A stretch of DNA of 64,000 nucleotides from Malacoraja senta (Eukaryota): the NCBI GenBank assembly GCA_038087875.1, contig JAXLNO010006061.1:62001-126000 (forward strand), given 5' to 3'. A model generated the notes under the pieces. It was not told the origin of the DNA. It did not search any database and saw only the letters and a list, made by a program, of their open reading frames with translations. The translations under genes and the position numbers were made by a program. Positions 10,448 through 24,100 of the stretch are shown here, one piece after another (the stretch's first letter is position 1; each line of letters opens with the position of its first letter).

Positions 10448-10740
10448 ACTCTTTTTTTTAATATATAATATTTTTATTAGAAGCATGTGCATATCAAAAT
10501 ACAAACATTTCTATCAATCATACATTGCTAATAGATGGGAATCCAGCTATCAAAATAATAGTGGTCCTCCTTTATCAGTTGTATATTAACTCTGCTTCTA
10601 TTTAGTTGTTTTTTTATAGATATTAAGTGAGAAAAAAAAAGGCATGATAAATAAGAATGGAGTCATTTACCTTTGGAGTCCATACAACTTTGGAGATAGT
10701 TCCGTAAGTTATAAAGCATAACTATTCATCTAATCCTGAG
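10448..10740 (-). mobile_element. L1 3' end fragment
   Basis: Minus strand shows GTATGGACTCCA (VWTP, ORF2-end like), an AT-rich UTR and an A-rich tail. Confidence 0.5.
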
Positions 10741-10829
10741 TAGACAAAAATGCTGGGAAAACTCAGCAGGTGAAGCAGCATATATGGAGCGAAGGAACAG
10801 GTGACATTTCGGGTCGAGACCCTTCTTTT
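10741..10829 (-). mobile_element. Penelope-like micro-insertion
   Basis: Same ~90-bp family as 5225-5316. Confidence 0.72.
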
Positions 10830-11140
10830 GAGTAGAAAAACAGCACGGGGCTTGCTTCTACAGAGGCCCGGGGAGCCGTTGGAGCGAGGAGGAGTTACCT
10901 GGAGCTGTGAGTAGAAAAACAGCACAGGGCTTGCTTCTACAGAGGCCCGGGGAGCCGTTGGAGCGAGGAGGAGTTACCTGGAGCTGTGAGTAGAAAAACA
11001 GCGCGGGGCTTGCTTCTGCAGAAGCCCGGGGAGCCGTTGGAGCGAGGAGTTACCTGGAGCTGTAAATAGAAAAACAGCGCGGGGCTTGCTTCTACAGAGG
11101 CCCGGGGAGCCGTTGGAGCGAGGAGGAGTTACCTGGAGCC
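10830..11140 (+). repeat. Tandem array of four ~79-bp monomers at the 5' end of a CR1
   Basis: Units start at about 10830, 10909, 10988 and 11064 (GAGTAGAAAAACAGC.CGGGGCTTGCTTCT.CAGA.GCCCGGGGAGCCGTTGGAGCGAGG...). Confidence 0.92.
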
Positions 11141-14100
11141 GTTGGAACCCAAATCTGCAACGTTCCATCTGCAGCTGCAACGTTCCAGAGAAGGAGTGTG
11201 GGGGAAGCCTCTGATTGGTCGAACGGACGCAGACAGGAGACCCGGATGGTAGTTTGCCTCCCTGGTGCCAGGGTCAGGGATGTGTCTGAACGTGTCGAAG
11301 AAATCCTGAAATGGGAGGGAGAGAAGCCTGAGGTTGTGGTACATATAGGTACCAACGACATAGGTAAAAAAAGAGAAGAGGTCCTACATAGATACATAGA
11401 AAATAGGTGCAGGAGTAGGCCATTCGGCCCTTCGAGCCTGCACCGCCATTCAGTATGATCATGGCTGAAAGAAGAATTTAGGGAGTTAGGTAAAGAGTTA
11501 AGGAGAAGGACTGCAAAGGTAACAATCTCAGGATTACTGCCTGTGCCACGCGACAGTGAGAGTAGGAATGGAGCGAGGTGGGGGATAAATGAGTGGATGA
11601 GGGACTGGTGCAGTGGGTATGGATTCAAGGTTCTGGATCATTGGGACCTCTTTTGGGGAAGGTGCGACCTGTACAGAAAGGATGGGTTGCACTTGAACTC
11701 GAGGGGGACCAATATCCTGGCGGGTAGATTTGCAAAGGCTACTGGGGAGACTTTAAACTAGTATGGTTGGGGGGAGGGACTCAAATTGGGAAAGCTAGCA
11801 ATCAGTGTGTGAGGCAGGAGGCAGAGAATGGAAGCACTCTGACCCAAAATGTAGGGGAGAGAGAAGAAAAAGACAATAAACAGAGAATAAGAGAGGGTGG
11901 GTTTCTTAAATGTGTATATTTTAATGCTAGGAGCATTGTAAGAAAGGTGGATGAACTTAAAGCCTGGATTGACACCTGGAAGTATGATGTTGTGGCGATC
12001 AGTGAAACATGGTTGCAGGAGGGCTGTGATTGGAAACTAAATATTCCAGGATTTCGTTGCTGCAGGTGTGATAGAATTGGAGGGGCAAGAGGTGGAGGTG
12101 TTGCATTGCTTATCAGGGAAGATATTACAGCAGTGCTTTGGCAGGATAGATTAGAGGGCTCTTCTAAGGAGGCTATTTGGGTGGAACTGAGAAATGGGAA
12201 AGGGGTAGCAACACTCATAGGGGTGTATTATAGACCGCCAAATCGGGAGCGAGAATTGGAGGAGCAAATATGTAAGGAGATTGCAGATATTAGTAGTAAG
12301 CACAAGGTAGTGATTGTGGGAGATTTCAATTTTCCACACATAGACTGGGAAACACATTCTGTAAATGGGCTGGATGGGTTGGAGTTTGTAAAATGTGTGC
12401 AGGATAGTTTTTTGCAGCAATACATAGAAGTACCTACTAGAGAAGGGGCGGTGCTGGACCTCCTGTTAGGAAATGAGACGGGTCAGGTGGCAGAGGTATG
12501 CGTTGGGGAACAGTTCGGGACCAGTGATCACAATACCATTAGTTTCAATATAATTATGGAGAGGGTCAGAACTGGACCTAGGGTTGAGATTTTTGATTGG
12601 AGAAAGGCTAACTTTGAGGAGATGCGAAAGGATTTAAAAGGAGTAAATTGGGACAGTTTGTTTTATGGGAAAGATGTGGAAGAGAAATGGAGGACATTTA
12701 AAGGTGAAATTTTAAGAGTACAGAATCATTATGTCCCTGTTCGGTTGAAAGGAAATAGTAAAAATTGGAAAGAGCCATGGTTTTCAAGGGAAATTGGACA
12801 CTTAGTTCGGAAAAAGAGAGAGATCTACAATAATTATAGGCAGCATGGAGTAAATGAGGTGCTTGAGGAGTATAAAAAATGTAAAAAGTGTCTGAAGAAA
12901 GAAATTAGAAAAGCTAAAAGAAGATATGAGGTTGCTTTGGCAAGTAAGGTGAAAGTAAATCCAAAGGGTTTCTACAGCTATATTAATAGCAAAAGGATAA
13001 CGAGGGATAAAATTGGTCCATTAGAGAGTCAGAGTGGACAGCTATCTGCAGAGCCAAAAGAGATGGGGGAGATATTGAACAATTTCTTTTCTTTGGTATT
13101 CACCAAGGAGAAGGATATTGAATTATGTGAGGTAAGGGAAACAAGTAGAGTAGCTATGGAAACTATGAGATTCAAAGAAGAGGAAGTACTGACACTTTTG
13201 AGAAATATAAAAGTGGATAAGTCTCCAGGTTCGGACAGGATATTCCCTAGGACATTGAGGGAAGTTAGTGTAGAAATAGCAGGGGCTATGACAGAAATAT
13301 TTCAAATGTCATTGGAAACGGCAATAGTGCCGGAGGATTGGCGTACTGCGCATGTTATTCCATTGTTTAAAAAGGGGTCTAAGAGTAAACCTAGCAATTA
13401 TAGACCTGTTAGTTTGACGTCAGTGGTGGGCAAATTAATGGAAAGGATACTTAGAGATAATATATATAAGCATCTGGATAAACAGGGGCTGATTAGGAAC
13501 AGTCAACATGGATTTGTGCCTGGAAGGTCATGTTTGACTAATCTTCTTGAATTTTTTGAAGAGGTTACTCGGGAAATTGATGAGGGTAAAGCCGTGGATG
13601 TTTTATATATGGACTTCAGTAAGGCCTTTGACAAGGTTCCTCACGGAAGGTTGGTTAAGAAGGTTCAATGGTTGGGTATTAATGGTGGAGTAGCAAGATG
13701 GATTCAACAGTGGCTGAATGGGAGATGCCAGAGAGTAATGGTGGATGGTTGTTTGTCAGGTTGGAGGCCAGTGACTAGTGGGGTGCCACAGGGATCTGTG
13801 TTGGGTCCACTGTTGTTTGTCATGTACATCAATGATCTGGATGATGGTGTGGTAAATTGGATTAGTAAGTATGCAGATGATACTAAGATAGGTGGGGCTG
13901 TGGATAATGAAGTAGATTTTCAAAGTCTACAGAGAGATTTATGCCGGTTGGAAGAGTGGGCTGAAAGATGGCAGATGGAGTTTAATGCTGATAAGTGTGA
14001 GGTGCTACATCTTGGCAGGACAAATCAAAATAGGACGTACATGGTAAATGGTAGGGAATTGAAGAATGCAGGTGAACAGAGGGATCTTGGAATAACTGTG

Positions 14101-14781
14101 CACAGTTCCCTGAAAGTGGAATCTCATGTAGATAGGGTGGTAAAGAAAGCTTTTAGTGTGCTGGCTTTTATAAATCAGAGCATTGAGTATAGAAGTTGGG
14201 ATGTAATGTTAAAATTGTACAAGGCATTGGTGAGGCCAATTCTGGAGTATGGTGTACAATTTTGGTCGCCTAATTATAGGAAGGATGTCAACAAAATAGA
14301 GAGAGTACAGAGGAGATTTACTTGAATGTTGCCTGGGTTTCAGCAACTAAGTTACAGAGAAAGGTTGAACAAGTTAGGGCTTTATTCTTTGGAGCGCAGA
14401 AGGTTAAGGGGGGACTTGATAGAGGTCTTTAAAATGATGAGAGGGATAGACAGAGTTGACGTGGATAAGCTTTTCCCACTGAGAGTAGGGAAGATTCAAA
14501 CAAGGGGACATGACTTGAGAATTAAGGGACAGAAGTTTAGGGGTAACATGAGGGGGAACTTCTTTACTCAGAGAGTGGTGGCTGTGTGGAATGAGCTTCC
14601 AGTGAAGGTGGTGGAGGCAGGTTCGTTTTTATCATTTAAAAATAAATTGGATAGTTATATGGACGGGAAAGGAATGGAGGGTTATGGTCTGAGCGCAGGT
14701 ATATGGGACTAGGGGAGAATACGTGTTCGGCCCGTGTAGAAGGGTCGAGATGGCCTGTTTCCGTGCTGTAATTGTTATATA
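11141..14781 (+). mobile_element. CR1 LINE family B, near full length (partial ORF1 esterase, ORF2, 3' UTR)
   Basis: ORF1 remnant VHIGTND...DGLHLN (SGNH esterase) is interrupted by an inverted CR1-A tail at ~11388-11467. ORF2 and 3' UTR follow. Confidence 0.93.
11767..14712 (+). pseudogene. CR1 ORF2 (APE endonuclease + reverse transcriptase) with one in-frame stop
   Basis: An 852-aa and a 128-aa ORF lie in the same frame, separated by TGA at 14323-14325. Motifs: NARS, SETWL, GDFN, SDHN, QHGF, DFSKAFD, GVPQGSVLGP, YADD. Confidence 0.93.
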
Positions 14782-14799
14782 GTTCGAGCTTCAGTCAGA

Positions 14800-15222
14800 T
14801 TCCCTTGCTGGACCAATTTACCCTTTCAAAAATTCAATAAATGGAGACCATATTCGAACAATTAATTCTTGTTTGTCAATTAAGACAAGGCTAGTTGTTT
14901 CCAAATGTAAGGTCTCCGACATTTCCATAATCCACATTTTAATTTTGGGGGTTAAAGGACCTTTCCAAAATTTTAATATTAATTTTACCCAGTTATTATA
15001 CTATAATCAAGAAAGTTTCTTTGGCTTGTTGTAAGTCTTAGGCTTTGTTCCGATATTCCTAATATTATTAGTTTTGAGTCGCGATCCAATTGGGTATTGG
15101 CAACTTCAGAAATTATTCTAAAAATATCCGTCCAGAAATTTTTGATTTTTATACAGTTTACAAAGGTATGAGTTAAGTTAGCCTCTAAATGCTGACATTT
15201 ATCACAAATAGGAGACATATAT
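14800..15222 (-). mobile_element. Host L1 (L1-C) ORF2 C-terminus
   Basis: SPICDKCQHLEANLTHTFVNC zinc knuckle; ORF end RIWSPFIEFLKG*. Confidence 0.85.
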
Positions 15223-17638
15223 CAGGGCTCTCGCTTAACTTTTTCCCCCTGTTGCCAGCCGGGCAACCTTGGCAGCTTTATAGGTTGCCAAATGACAGTT
15301 TAGGTGGTCATTTAAGAAGGCTTGCATGACGCGTGCGATAATGTGCTCGGACGAAGTGCATAGTTACCAGTTGGAATTATACTCAATGAAGCATTCACAT
15401 ATTATTTCTGCTTCAAATAAAGTCACAAACTAAACATATTCACCAATCAAGACATGATACATCCCACAATGACACGCAGCAAAATTATAAGGCTCTTTTT
15501 CACAACTCTTTCTATCTCAACTCTTTTTACACATTGCATAGTTACCAGTCGGAATTATACTCAATGAAGCATTCACATATTATTTCTGCTTCAAATAAAG
15601 TCACAAACTAAACATATTCACCAATCAAGACATGATACATCCCACAATGACACGCAGCAAAATTATAAGCCTCTTTTTCACAACTCTTTCTATCTCAACT
15701 CTTTTTACACATTGCAATTAATGCAATTTCTATTAGTTCTTTCCACTTCCAAACAAAAATGTGGTTGGATTATTCATCGTATGACCAACCCGAGTCATTA
15801 AATCCTGGACCATGGTAACATAAATGCGTGCGTATAGTTGTGAATGTTGCTCATTAAATAACTACAGTACTGATACTCCATATTAACCATATAACCATAA
15901 CAGCACGGAAACAGGCCATCTCGGCCCTTCAAGTCCGTGCCGAACATTAAGAGCATTAATTTGCCGTTAAAATGAATTCTGTAATAACGTGTCAACGGCA
16001 GCAGTGACAATCGAACACTGTGGTTTTAATGTTTCACGTGTTCACAATTTAATTAATCCATCTTTATGGATTAAAACAAATAATAACACTGGGAATTAAA
16101 ACACATTTGATTGCATTCAGTTATCAAACATAGTCAATGTTCGCTCTGAAGATATTTCCAGCACAATAGGGTCAGGGAGGGGTGTGTGTGTGAATCAGTG
16201 CGGGGTGGATAGATGGCTGGGGTGGTGGGGGGGTGGTTAGAAGGCAGTTGGTGCAGAATGGATGGATTGAGGCAGGTGAATTAGTACGTGTTGGTTGGAG
16301 TAGGTAAAATTGTGAGGGAGAACCAGGGATGTCAGTGGTGTTGAATGGGGGGGTTCAGTACGGGATGGATGGGGGTAGACAAAAGTGCTGGAGAAACTCA
16401 GTGGGTGAGGCAGCATCTATGGAACGAAGGAAATAGGCAAAATTTCGGGTCGAGACCCTTCTTCAGACTGTTCCCCCCATTCTTCTTGAATGGGAGGATC
16501 AGTACAGGATGGATGGGGGGGAGATCAGCACAGGATGAATGGGGGGGTCAGTACAGTGTGGATCGGAGGGTCTGTGCAAGATGAATGGGGGATCACTACA
16601 GGATGAATGAGGGGAAGAGGGGAAGGTGCAGGGTAAATGGAGGGTGGGTCAGTACGGGATGAATGCGTGGATTAGTACAGGATGGATGGGGATCAGTACA
16701 GGATGGATGGGGATCAGTACAGGATGGATGGAGGAGAAGTACAGGATGGACGGGAAAGGGGTAAGTACAGGATGAATTGGGGAACCAATGTAGGATGGAT
16801 GGGGGGGGGTGGCAGGAGAATCAATGCGAGGTGGATAGGGTGATCAGCGCAGGATGAATAGATGGGGAGGGGAGCACAGTGGATGTCAGTGAGGGCTGAA
16901 TAGAGGCGGGAATGGGGATCAGTGCAGGATGGAGTGGAGGGGTCCCAGGATAGGGGGGGGTGGAGGGGGCGTACAAGAGAGAGGGAGAGAGAGAGAGAGG
17001 GAGGGGGGGGGCGAGGTGGGGAGGAAGGAAGGTCAGCGCTCCTTGGACAACATCACCCCGCTGCCTTGGCCGTTGGGAACTCCTCGCCACCGCCTCCCTC
17101 CTCCGCCAGCCAACAGCAAGGTGCGGGGCTGGGCGATGCAGCTCAGAGATCCTCTAGCTATAAGATCTTTGTTGCAGCTGCTTCAGACGTGTCGGAGCGA
17201 ATGACGGGCCCCGCACAGCGGCAGCAGCAGCGGCTCCATCTACTCCTCCTCCTCCTCCCGCCCCCGCCCCCCCTGATAAGGGCCTCTGATTTACAAGCAG
17301 AGGCCCTTATCAGGACGGGCGGGGGGCGGGAGGAGGAGGAGATGGAGCCGCTGTCGCGGCCGCTGCTGCTGCTGTTCGGGGCCCGTCATTCGCTCCGACC
17401 CTTCCTCACCCCGCACCTAGTATATTTGCCCCGCACAGCCGCCGCTGACACGAAACGTCGCGTTCCTTTTCTCCAGAGATGCTGCCTGACCCGCGGAGTT
17501 ACTCCAGTTTTTTGTGTCTATCTTCGGTACAAACCAGTATCTGGTTGCCAAGCCGGGCAAAATGACTCTATGTTTAGGTTGCCCGTCGGCGCTTTGAGTG
17601 ATCAATGGCACCCGGGCAACTGCTAATTTCGAGCCCTG
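15223..17638. mobile_element. Non-autonomous DNA transposon, copy 1 (CAGGGCTC termini, 5-bp TSD; possibly hAT5-type)
   Basis: Ends CAGGGCTC...GAGCCCTG; flanks TATAT/TATGT interrupt the L1 frame. Contains a 178-bp internal duplication (15357-15716), a CR1-B tail, a G-rich minisatellite and Penelope-like pieces (16372-16470, ~17450-17545). Confidence 0.8.
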
Positions 17639-18553
17639 TATGTGGGAAGATTCTATTTAATTTTGTTTTAGAGTAATGTAGTCTATGTAATGCTTTAAAT
17701 TGTATTAAAGAGTGTCTGGCATTTAACGAGCATTGATGTATATGTTGTAGACTTTCGTCCCAAATATCTTTCGTTATAGGTTGGCCTAATTCATTTTCCC
17801 ATGTTTGTCTATATAATTCCGTCGGCGGGACCTCACTGTCTAAGAGGGTATTATAAATGAGATATTAATTTTTCTGTATTAGGATGTTTATTCAAACATT
17901 CATCAAGTTCTATAATCTGAAAAAGTTATTTGAGTGTAGTCCATGAATCTGTTGTAACTCCTGAAATGAAAGAAAAGTGCCTGTCCTATAGAGATGTCCC
18001 ATCTTTTTAATTCCATGATTTTTCCATTGTATAAAACCTTTATCCAACACAGAGGGGTTGAATAAAGGATTATTTACAATGGGAAGTAATAGTGATAAGT
18101 TATCCAATTTTAAAGTCTTTTTTAATTGTTTCCAAATTCGTAAACCACTATATATTATAGGGTTTTCACTATAGGTTTTTTTGTTCAATTTTGTGGAGCA
18201 AAAAAAATTAAACCAAAGGTAAGCAGTCTTCATTTTCCATCTTCAACCAGTCTGGTTACTGATCCATTTCTTCCAACCAGAAGTTCATATTTTTAATATT
18301 GATTGCCCAGAAATAAAACAAAAAATTTGGTAAAGCTAAACCTCCATTTGTCTTTGATTTACATAAATGTTTTTTGCTTATTCTATGATTCTTATAATCC
18401 CAAATAAAGCTTGTGACAATGGAATCAACTTTTTAAAAAAAATTGGGAGGGCGGGAGATATATTGATTGAAAGAGGTACAATAATTGCGGTAGAAAACTC
18501 ATTTTTATAGCATTAATTCTACCAAACATTGAAATAGGGAGTGTTTTCCAATA
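17639..18553 (-). mobile_element. Host L1 (L1-C) ORF2 fragment
   Basis: Post-RT L1 ORF2 sequence (WKTLP...GRINAIKM; NPLFNPS..DKGFIQW), continuous with the 14800-15222 piece. Confidence 0.85.
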
Positions 18554-20608
18554 GGTGGGGTAGCGTTGCTGGTTAGGGAGGAGATTAACGCAATAGAAAG
18601 GAAGGACATTAGCTTGGAGGATGTGGAATCAATATGGGTAGAGCTGCAAAACACTAAGGGGCAGAAAACGCTAGTGGGAGTTGTGTACAGGCCACCTAAC
18701 AGTAGTAGTGGAGTTGGGGATGGCATCAAACAGGAAATTAAAAATGCGTGCAACAAAGGTAAAACATTTATAATGGGTGACTTCAATCTACATATAGATG
18801 GGGTGAATCAAATTGGCAGGGGTGCTGAGGAAGAGGATTTCTTGGAATGTATGCGGGATAGTTTTCTAAACCAACATGTAGAGGAACCAACGAGAGAACA
18901 GGCTATTCTAGACTGGGTATTGAGTAATGAGGGTTAGTTAGCAGGTACACAAAAATGCTGGAGAAACTCAGCGGGTGCAGCAGCATCTATGGAGCGAAGG
19001 AAATAGGCAACGTTTCGGGCCGAAACCCTTCTTAGTTAGCAGTCTTGTTGTGCGTGGCCCCTTGGGCAAGAGTGACCATAATATGGTTGAGTTCTTCATT
19101 AGGATGGAGAGTGACATAATTAATTCAGAAACAAGGGTTCTGAACTTAAAGAAAGGTACACAAAAATGCTGGAGAAACTCAGCGGGTGCAGCAGCATCTA
19201 TGCAACGAAGGAAATAGGCAAAGTTTTGGGCCGAAACCCTTCTTCAGACTGATGTCCCTTCTTCAGACTGATTAAAGAAAGGTAACTTTGAGGGTATGAG
19301 ACGTGAATTGGCCAAGATAGATTGACAATTGATTCTTAATGGGTTGACGGTGGATATGCAATGGAAGGCATTTAAAGGCTGCATGGATGAACTGCAACAA
19401 TTGTTCATCCCAGTTTTGCAAAAGAATAAATCAGGAAAGGTAGTGCATCCGTGGATAACAAGGGAAATCAGGGATAGTATCAAAACAAAAGATGAAGCAT
19501 ACAAATTAGCCAGAAAAAAGCAGCCTAGAGGACTGGGAGAAATTCAGACAGGTAGCAAAGAGTAGGAGTTAACGGGTCCTTTTCAGAATGGCAGGCAGTA
19601 ACTAGTGGGGTACCGCAAGGCTCAGTGCTGGGATCCCAGCTATTTACAATATATATTAATGATTTGGACGAGGGAATTGAATGCAACATCTCCAAGTTTG
19701 CGGATGACACGAAGCTGGGGGGCAGTGTTAGTTGTGAGGAGGATGCAAGGAGGCTGCAAGATGACTTTGATAGGCTGGGTGAGTGGGCAAATGCATGGCA
19801 GATGCAGTATAATGTGGATAAATGTGAGGGTATCCACTTTGGTGGCAAAAACAGGAAAGTAGACTATTACCTGAATGGTGGCCAATTAGGAAAAGGAGAG
19901 ATGCAACGAGACCTGGGTGTCATGGTACACCAGTCATTGAAAGTAGGCATGCAGGTGCAGCAGGCAGTGAAGAAGGCGAATGGTATGTTAGCATTCATAG
20001 CAAAAGGATTTGAGTATAGGAGCAGGGAGGTTCTACTGCAGTTGTACAGGGTCTTGGTGAGACCACACCTGGAGTATTGCGTACAGTTTTGGTCTCCCAA
20101 TCTGCCATAGAGGGAGTACAGAGAAGGTTCACCAGACTGATTCCTGGGATGTCAGGACTTTCATATGAAGAAAGACTGGATAGACTCGGCTTGTACTCGC
20201 TAGAATTTAGAAGATTGAGGGGGGATCTTATAGAAACTTACAAAATTCTTAAGGGGTTGGACAGGCTAGATGCAGGAAGATTGTTCCCGATGTTGGGGAA
20301 GTCCAGAACAAGGGGTCACAGTTTAAGGATAAAGGGGAAGTCTTTTATGACTGAGATGGGAAAAACATTTTTTACTCAGAGAGTGGTGAATCTCTGGAAT
20401 TCTCTGCCACAGAATGTATTTGAGGCCAGTTCATTGGCTATATTTAAGAGGGAGTTAGATGTGGCCCTTGTGGCTAAATGGATCAGGGGGTATGGAGAGA
20501 AAGCAGGTACAGGATACTGAGTTGGATGATCAGCTATGATCATATTGAATGGCGGTGCAGGCTCGAAGGGCCGAATGGCCTACTCCTGCACCTATTTTCT
20601 ATGTTTCT
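18554..20608 (+). mobile_element. CR1 family A, 5'-truncated and internally deleted
   Basis: EN (VYRPP, GDFN) and RT (FADD) motifs; AATA duplicated at 18550-18553 / 20609-20612. Two Penelope-like insertions at ~18944-19032 (TSD TTAGTTAGCAG) and ~19157-19271 (TSD TTAAAGAAAGGTA). Confidence 0.92.
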
Positions 20609-20624
20609 AATACTGAATATTCTT

Positions 20625-20905
20625 GGAGGAAATGCACCTCATATTCCACTTGGGCAGTCTACATCCTGGTGGCCTGAACATTGAATTCTCCCAATTCTGC
20701 TAGCCCTGGCTGTCCCCTCCCCTTCATCAGCCATCTGGTTGTCTCCTCCCCTCCCCCAGCCCTCGGGCTCCTCCTCCGCCTTTTCCTTTTTTCCTTTCTT
20801 CTCCCCACCCCCTATCAGTCTGGTTTCGGCCCGAAACGTTACCTATTTCCTTTGCTCCATAGATGCTGCTGCACCCGCTGAGTTTCTCCAGCATTTTTGT
20901 GTACC
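20625..20905 (+). mobile_element. Penelope-like element 3' end (GIY-YIG C-terminal tail + hammerhead-region UTR)
   Basis: Encodes EEMHLIFHLGSLHPGGLNIEFSQFC*, matching the L..L.P.GLN motif ending PLE GIY-YIG domains. 13-bp TSD ACTGAATATTCTT (20612-20624 / 20906-20918). Confidence 0.8.
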
Positions 20906-21128
20906 ACTGAATATTCTTATGTAGTTTATTCAGTAAGGGTGGGAAGTTTAATTTAAATAAAGAAGTATATGTCTTAGTTAGATAAATTCCTAGATATTTA
21001 AATTTTTTATGGACTATTTTAAAGGGGGATTGTTGCAATGTATGTAAATTGTGATCCGTTATTGGCATGATTTCGCTTTTATTCCAATTAATTCTATATC
21101 CCGAGAACAAACAAAATTGAGTTAGTAG
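20906..21128 (-). mobile_element. Host L1 (L1-C) ORF2 fragment
   Basis: LTQFCLFSGYRINWNKSE...FKYLGIYL. Confidence 0.85.
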
Positions 21129-24100
21129 ATACATAGATACATAGAAAATAGGTGCAGGAGTAGCCCATTCGGCCCTTCGAGCCTGCACCGCCATTCAATA
21201 TGATCATGGCTGATCATCCAACTCAGTATCCCGTACCGGCCTTCTCTCCATACCCCCTGATCCCCTTAGCCACAAGGGCCACATCTAACTCCCTCTTAAA
21301 TATAGCCAATGAACTGGCCTCAACTACCCTCTGTGGCAGAGAGTTCCAGAGATTCACCACTCTCTGTGTGAAAACGTTTTTCCTCATCTCAGTCTTAAAG
21401 GATTTCCCCCTTCTCCTTAAGCTGTGACCCCTTGTCCTGGACTTCCCCAACATCGGGAACAATCTTCCTGCATCTAGCCTGTCCAACCCCATAAGAATTT
21501 TGTACGTTTCTATAAGATCCCCTCTCAATCTCCTAAATTCTAGCGAGTATAAGCCAAGTCTATCCAGTCTTTCTTCATATGAAAGTCCTGACATCCCAGG
21601 AATCAGTCTGGTGAACCTTCTCTGCACTCCCTCTATGGCTATAATGTCCTTCCTCAGATTTGGAGACCAAAACTGTACGCAATACTGCAGGTGTGGTCTC
21701 ACCAAGACCCTGTACAACTGCAGTAGAACCTCCCTGCTCCTATACTCAAATCCTCTTGCTATGAAGGCCAACATACCATTCGCTTTCTTCACTGCCTGCT
21801 GCACCTGCATGCCTACTTTCAAAGACTGGTGTACCATGACACCCAGGTCTCGCTGCATCTCCCCATTTCCTAATCGGCCACCATTTAGATAATAGTCTGC
21901 CTTCCCGTTCTTGCCACCAAAGTAGATAACCTCACATTTATCCACATTATACTGCATCTGCCAAACATTTGCCCACTCACCCAGCCTATCCAAGTCACCT
22001 TGCAGTCTCCTAGCATCCTCCTCACAGCTAACACTGCCCCCCAGCTTAGTGTCATCCGCAAACTTGGAGATGTTGCTTTCAATTCCCTCGTCCAGATCAT
22101 TAATATAAATTGTAAATTGTAAATAGCTGGGGTCCCAGCACTGAGCACTAGTCACTGCCTGCCATTGTGAAAAGGACCCATTTACTCCTACTCTTTGCTT
22201 CCTGTTTGCCAGCCAGTTCTCTATCCACATTAATACTGAACCCCCAATACCGTGTGATTTAAGTTTGTATCCTAATCTCTTATGTGGTACCTTGTCGAAA
22301 GCCTTCTGAAAGTCCAGATACAACACATCCACTGGTTCTCCCCTATCCACTCTACTAGTTACATCCTCGAAAAATTCTATAAGATTCGTCAGACACGATT
22401 TACCTTTCGTAAATCCATGCTGACTTTGTCCAATGATTTCACCACTTTCCAAATGTGCTGCTATCCCATCTTTAATAACTGACTCTAGCAGTTTCCCCAC
22501 TACCGATGTTAGACTAACTGGTCTGTAATTCCCCGTTTTCTCTCTCCCTCCCTTCTTAAAAAGTGGGGTTACATTTGCTACCCTCCAATCCTCAGGAACT
22601 ACTCCAGAATCTAAAGAGTTTTGAAAAATTAGCACTAATGCATCCACTATTTCTGGAGCTACTTCCTTAAGTACTCTGGGATGCAGCCTATCTGGCCCTG
22701 GTGATTTATCGGCCTTTAATCCATTCAATTTACCCAACACCACTTCCCGACTAACCTGGATTTCACTCAGTTCCTCCATCTCCTTTGACCTGCGGCCCCC
22801 TGCTATTTCCGGCAGATTATTTATGTCTTCCTTAGTGAAGACGGAACCAAAGTAGTTAATTCAATTGGTCCGCCATATCCTTGTTCCCCATGATCAATTC
22901 ACCTGTTTCTGACTGCAAGGGACCTACATTTGTTTTAACTAATCTCTTTCTCTTCACATATCTATAAAAACTTTTGCAGTCAGTTTTTATGTTCCCTGCC
23001 AGTTTCCTTTCATAATCTATTTTCCCTTTCCTAATTAAGCCCTTTGTCCTCCTCTGCTGGTCTCTGAATTTCTCCCAGTCCTCTGGTATGCTGCTTTTTC
23101 TGGCTAATTTGTACGCATCATCTTTTGCTTTGATACTATCCCTGATTTCCCTTGTTATCCACGGATGCACTACCTTCCCTGATTTATTCTATTGCCAAAC
23201 TGGGATGAACAATTTTTGTAGTTCATCCATGCAGTCTTTAAATGCCTTCCATTGCATATCCACCGTCAACCCTTTTAGAACTAATTGCCAGTCAATCTTG
23301 GCCAATTCACGTCTCATATCCTCAAAGTTACCTTTCTTTAAGTTCAGAACCGTTGTTTCTGAATTAACAATGTCACTCTCCATCCTAATGAAGAACTCAA
23401 CCATATTATGGTCACTCTTGCCCAAGGGGGCACGCACAACAAGTCTGCTAACTAACCCTTCCTCATTACTCAATACCCAGTCTAGAATAGCCTGCTCTCT
23501 CGTTGGTTCCTCTACATGTTGGTTTAGATAACTATCCCTCATACATTCCAAGAAATCCTCTTCCTCAGCACCCCTGCCAATTTGATTCACCCAATCTATA
23601 TGTAGATTGAAGTCACCCATTATAACTGTTTTGCCTTTGTTGCACGCATTTCTAATTTCCTGTTTGATGCCATCCCCAACTTCACTACTACTGCTAGGTG
23701 GCCTGTACACAACACCCACCAGCGTTTTCTGCCCCTTAGTGTTTCGCAGCTCTACCCATACCGATTCCACATCCTCCAAGCTAATGTCCTTCCTTTCCAC
23801 TGCGTTAATCTCCTCTCTAACCAGCAACGCTACCCCACCTCCTTTTCCTTTCTCTCTATCCCTCCTGAATATTGAATATCCCTGCATGTTCAGCTCACAG
23901 CCTTGGTCACCCTGGAGCCATGTCTCCGTGATCCCAACTATATCATAATCATTAATTGCTATCTGCACGTTCAACTCATCCACCTTATTACGAATGCTCC
24001 TTGCATTGAGACACAAAGCCTTCAGGCTTGTTTTTACAACGCTCTTACCCCTTATACAATTATGTTGAAAAGTGGCTCTTTTTGATTTTTGCCCTGGATT

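Noticed and set aside
10830-11140. 79-bp array as CRISPR-like
   Set aside because: The units are contiguous with no unique spacers, there are no cas genes, and the context is eukaryotic.
16821-17626. GC-rich ORFs (also 62734-63967) as host genes or transposase
   Set aside because: Frames are not conserved between the two transposon copies, and no DDE or other domain motifs are visible.
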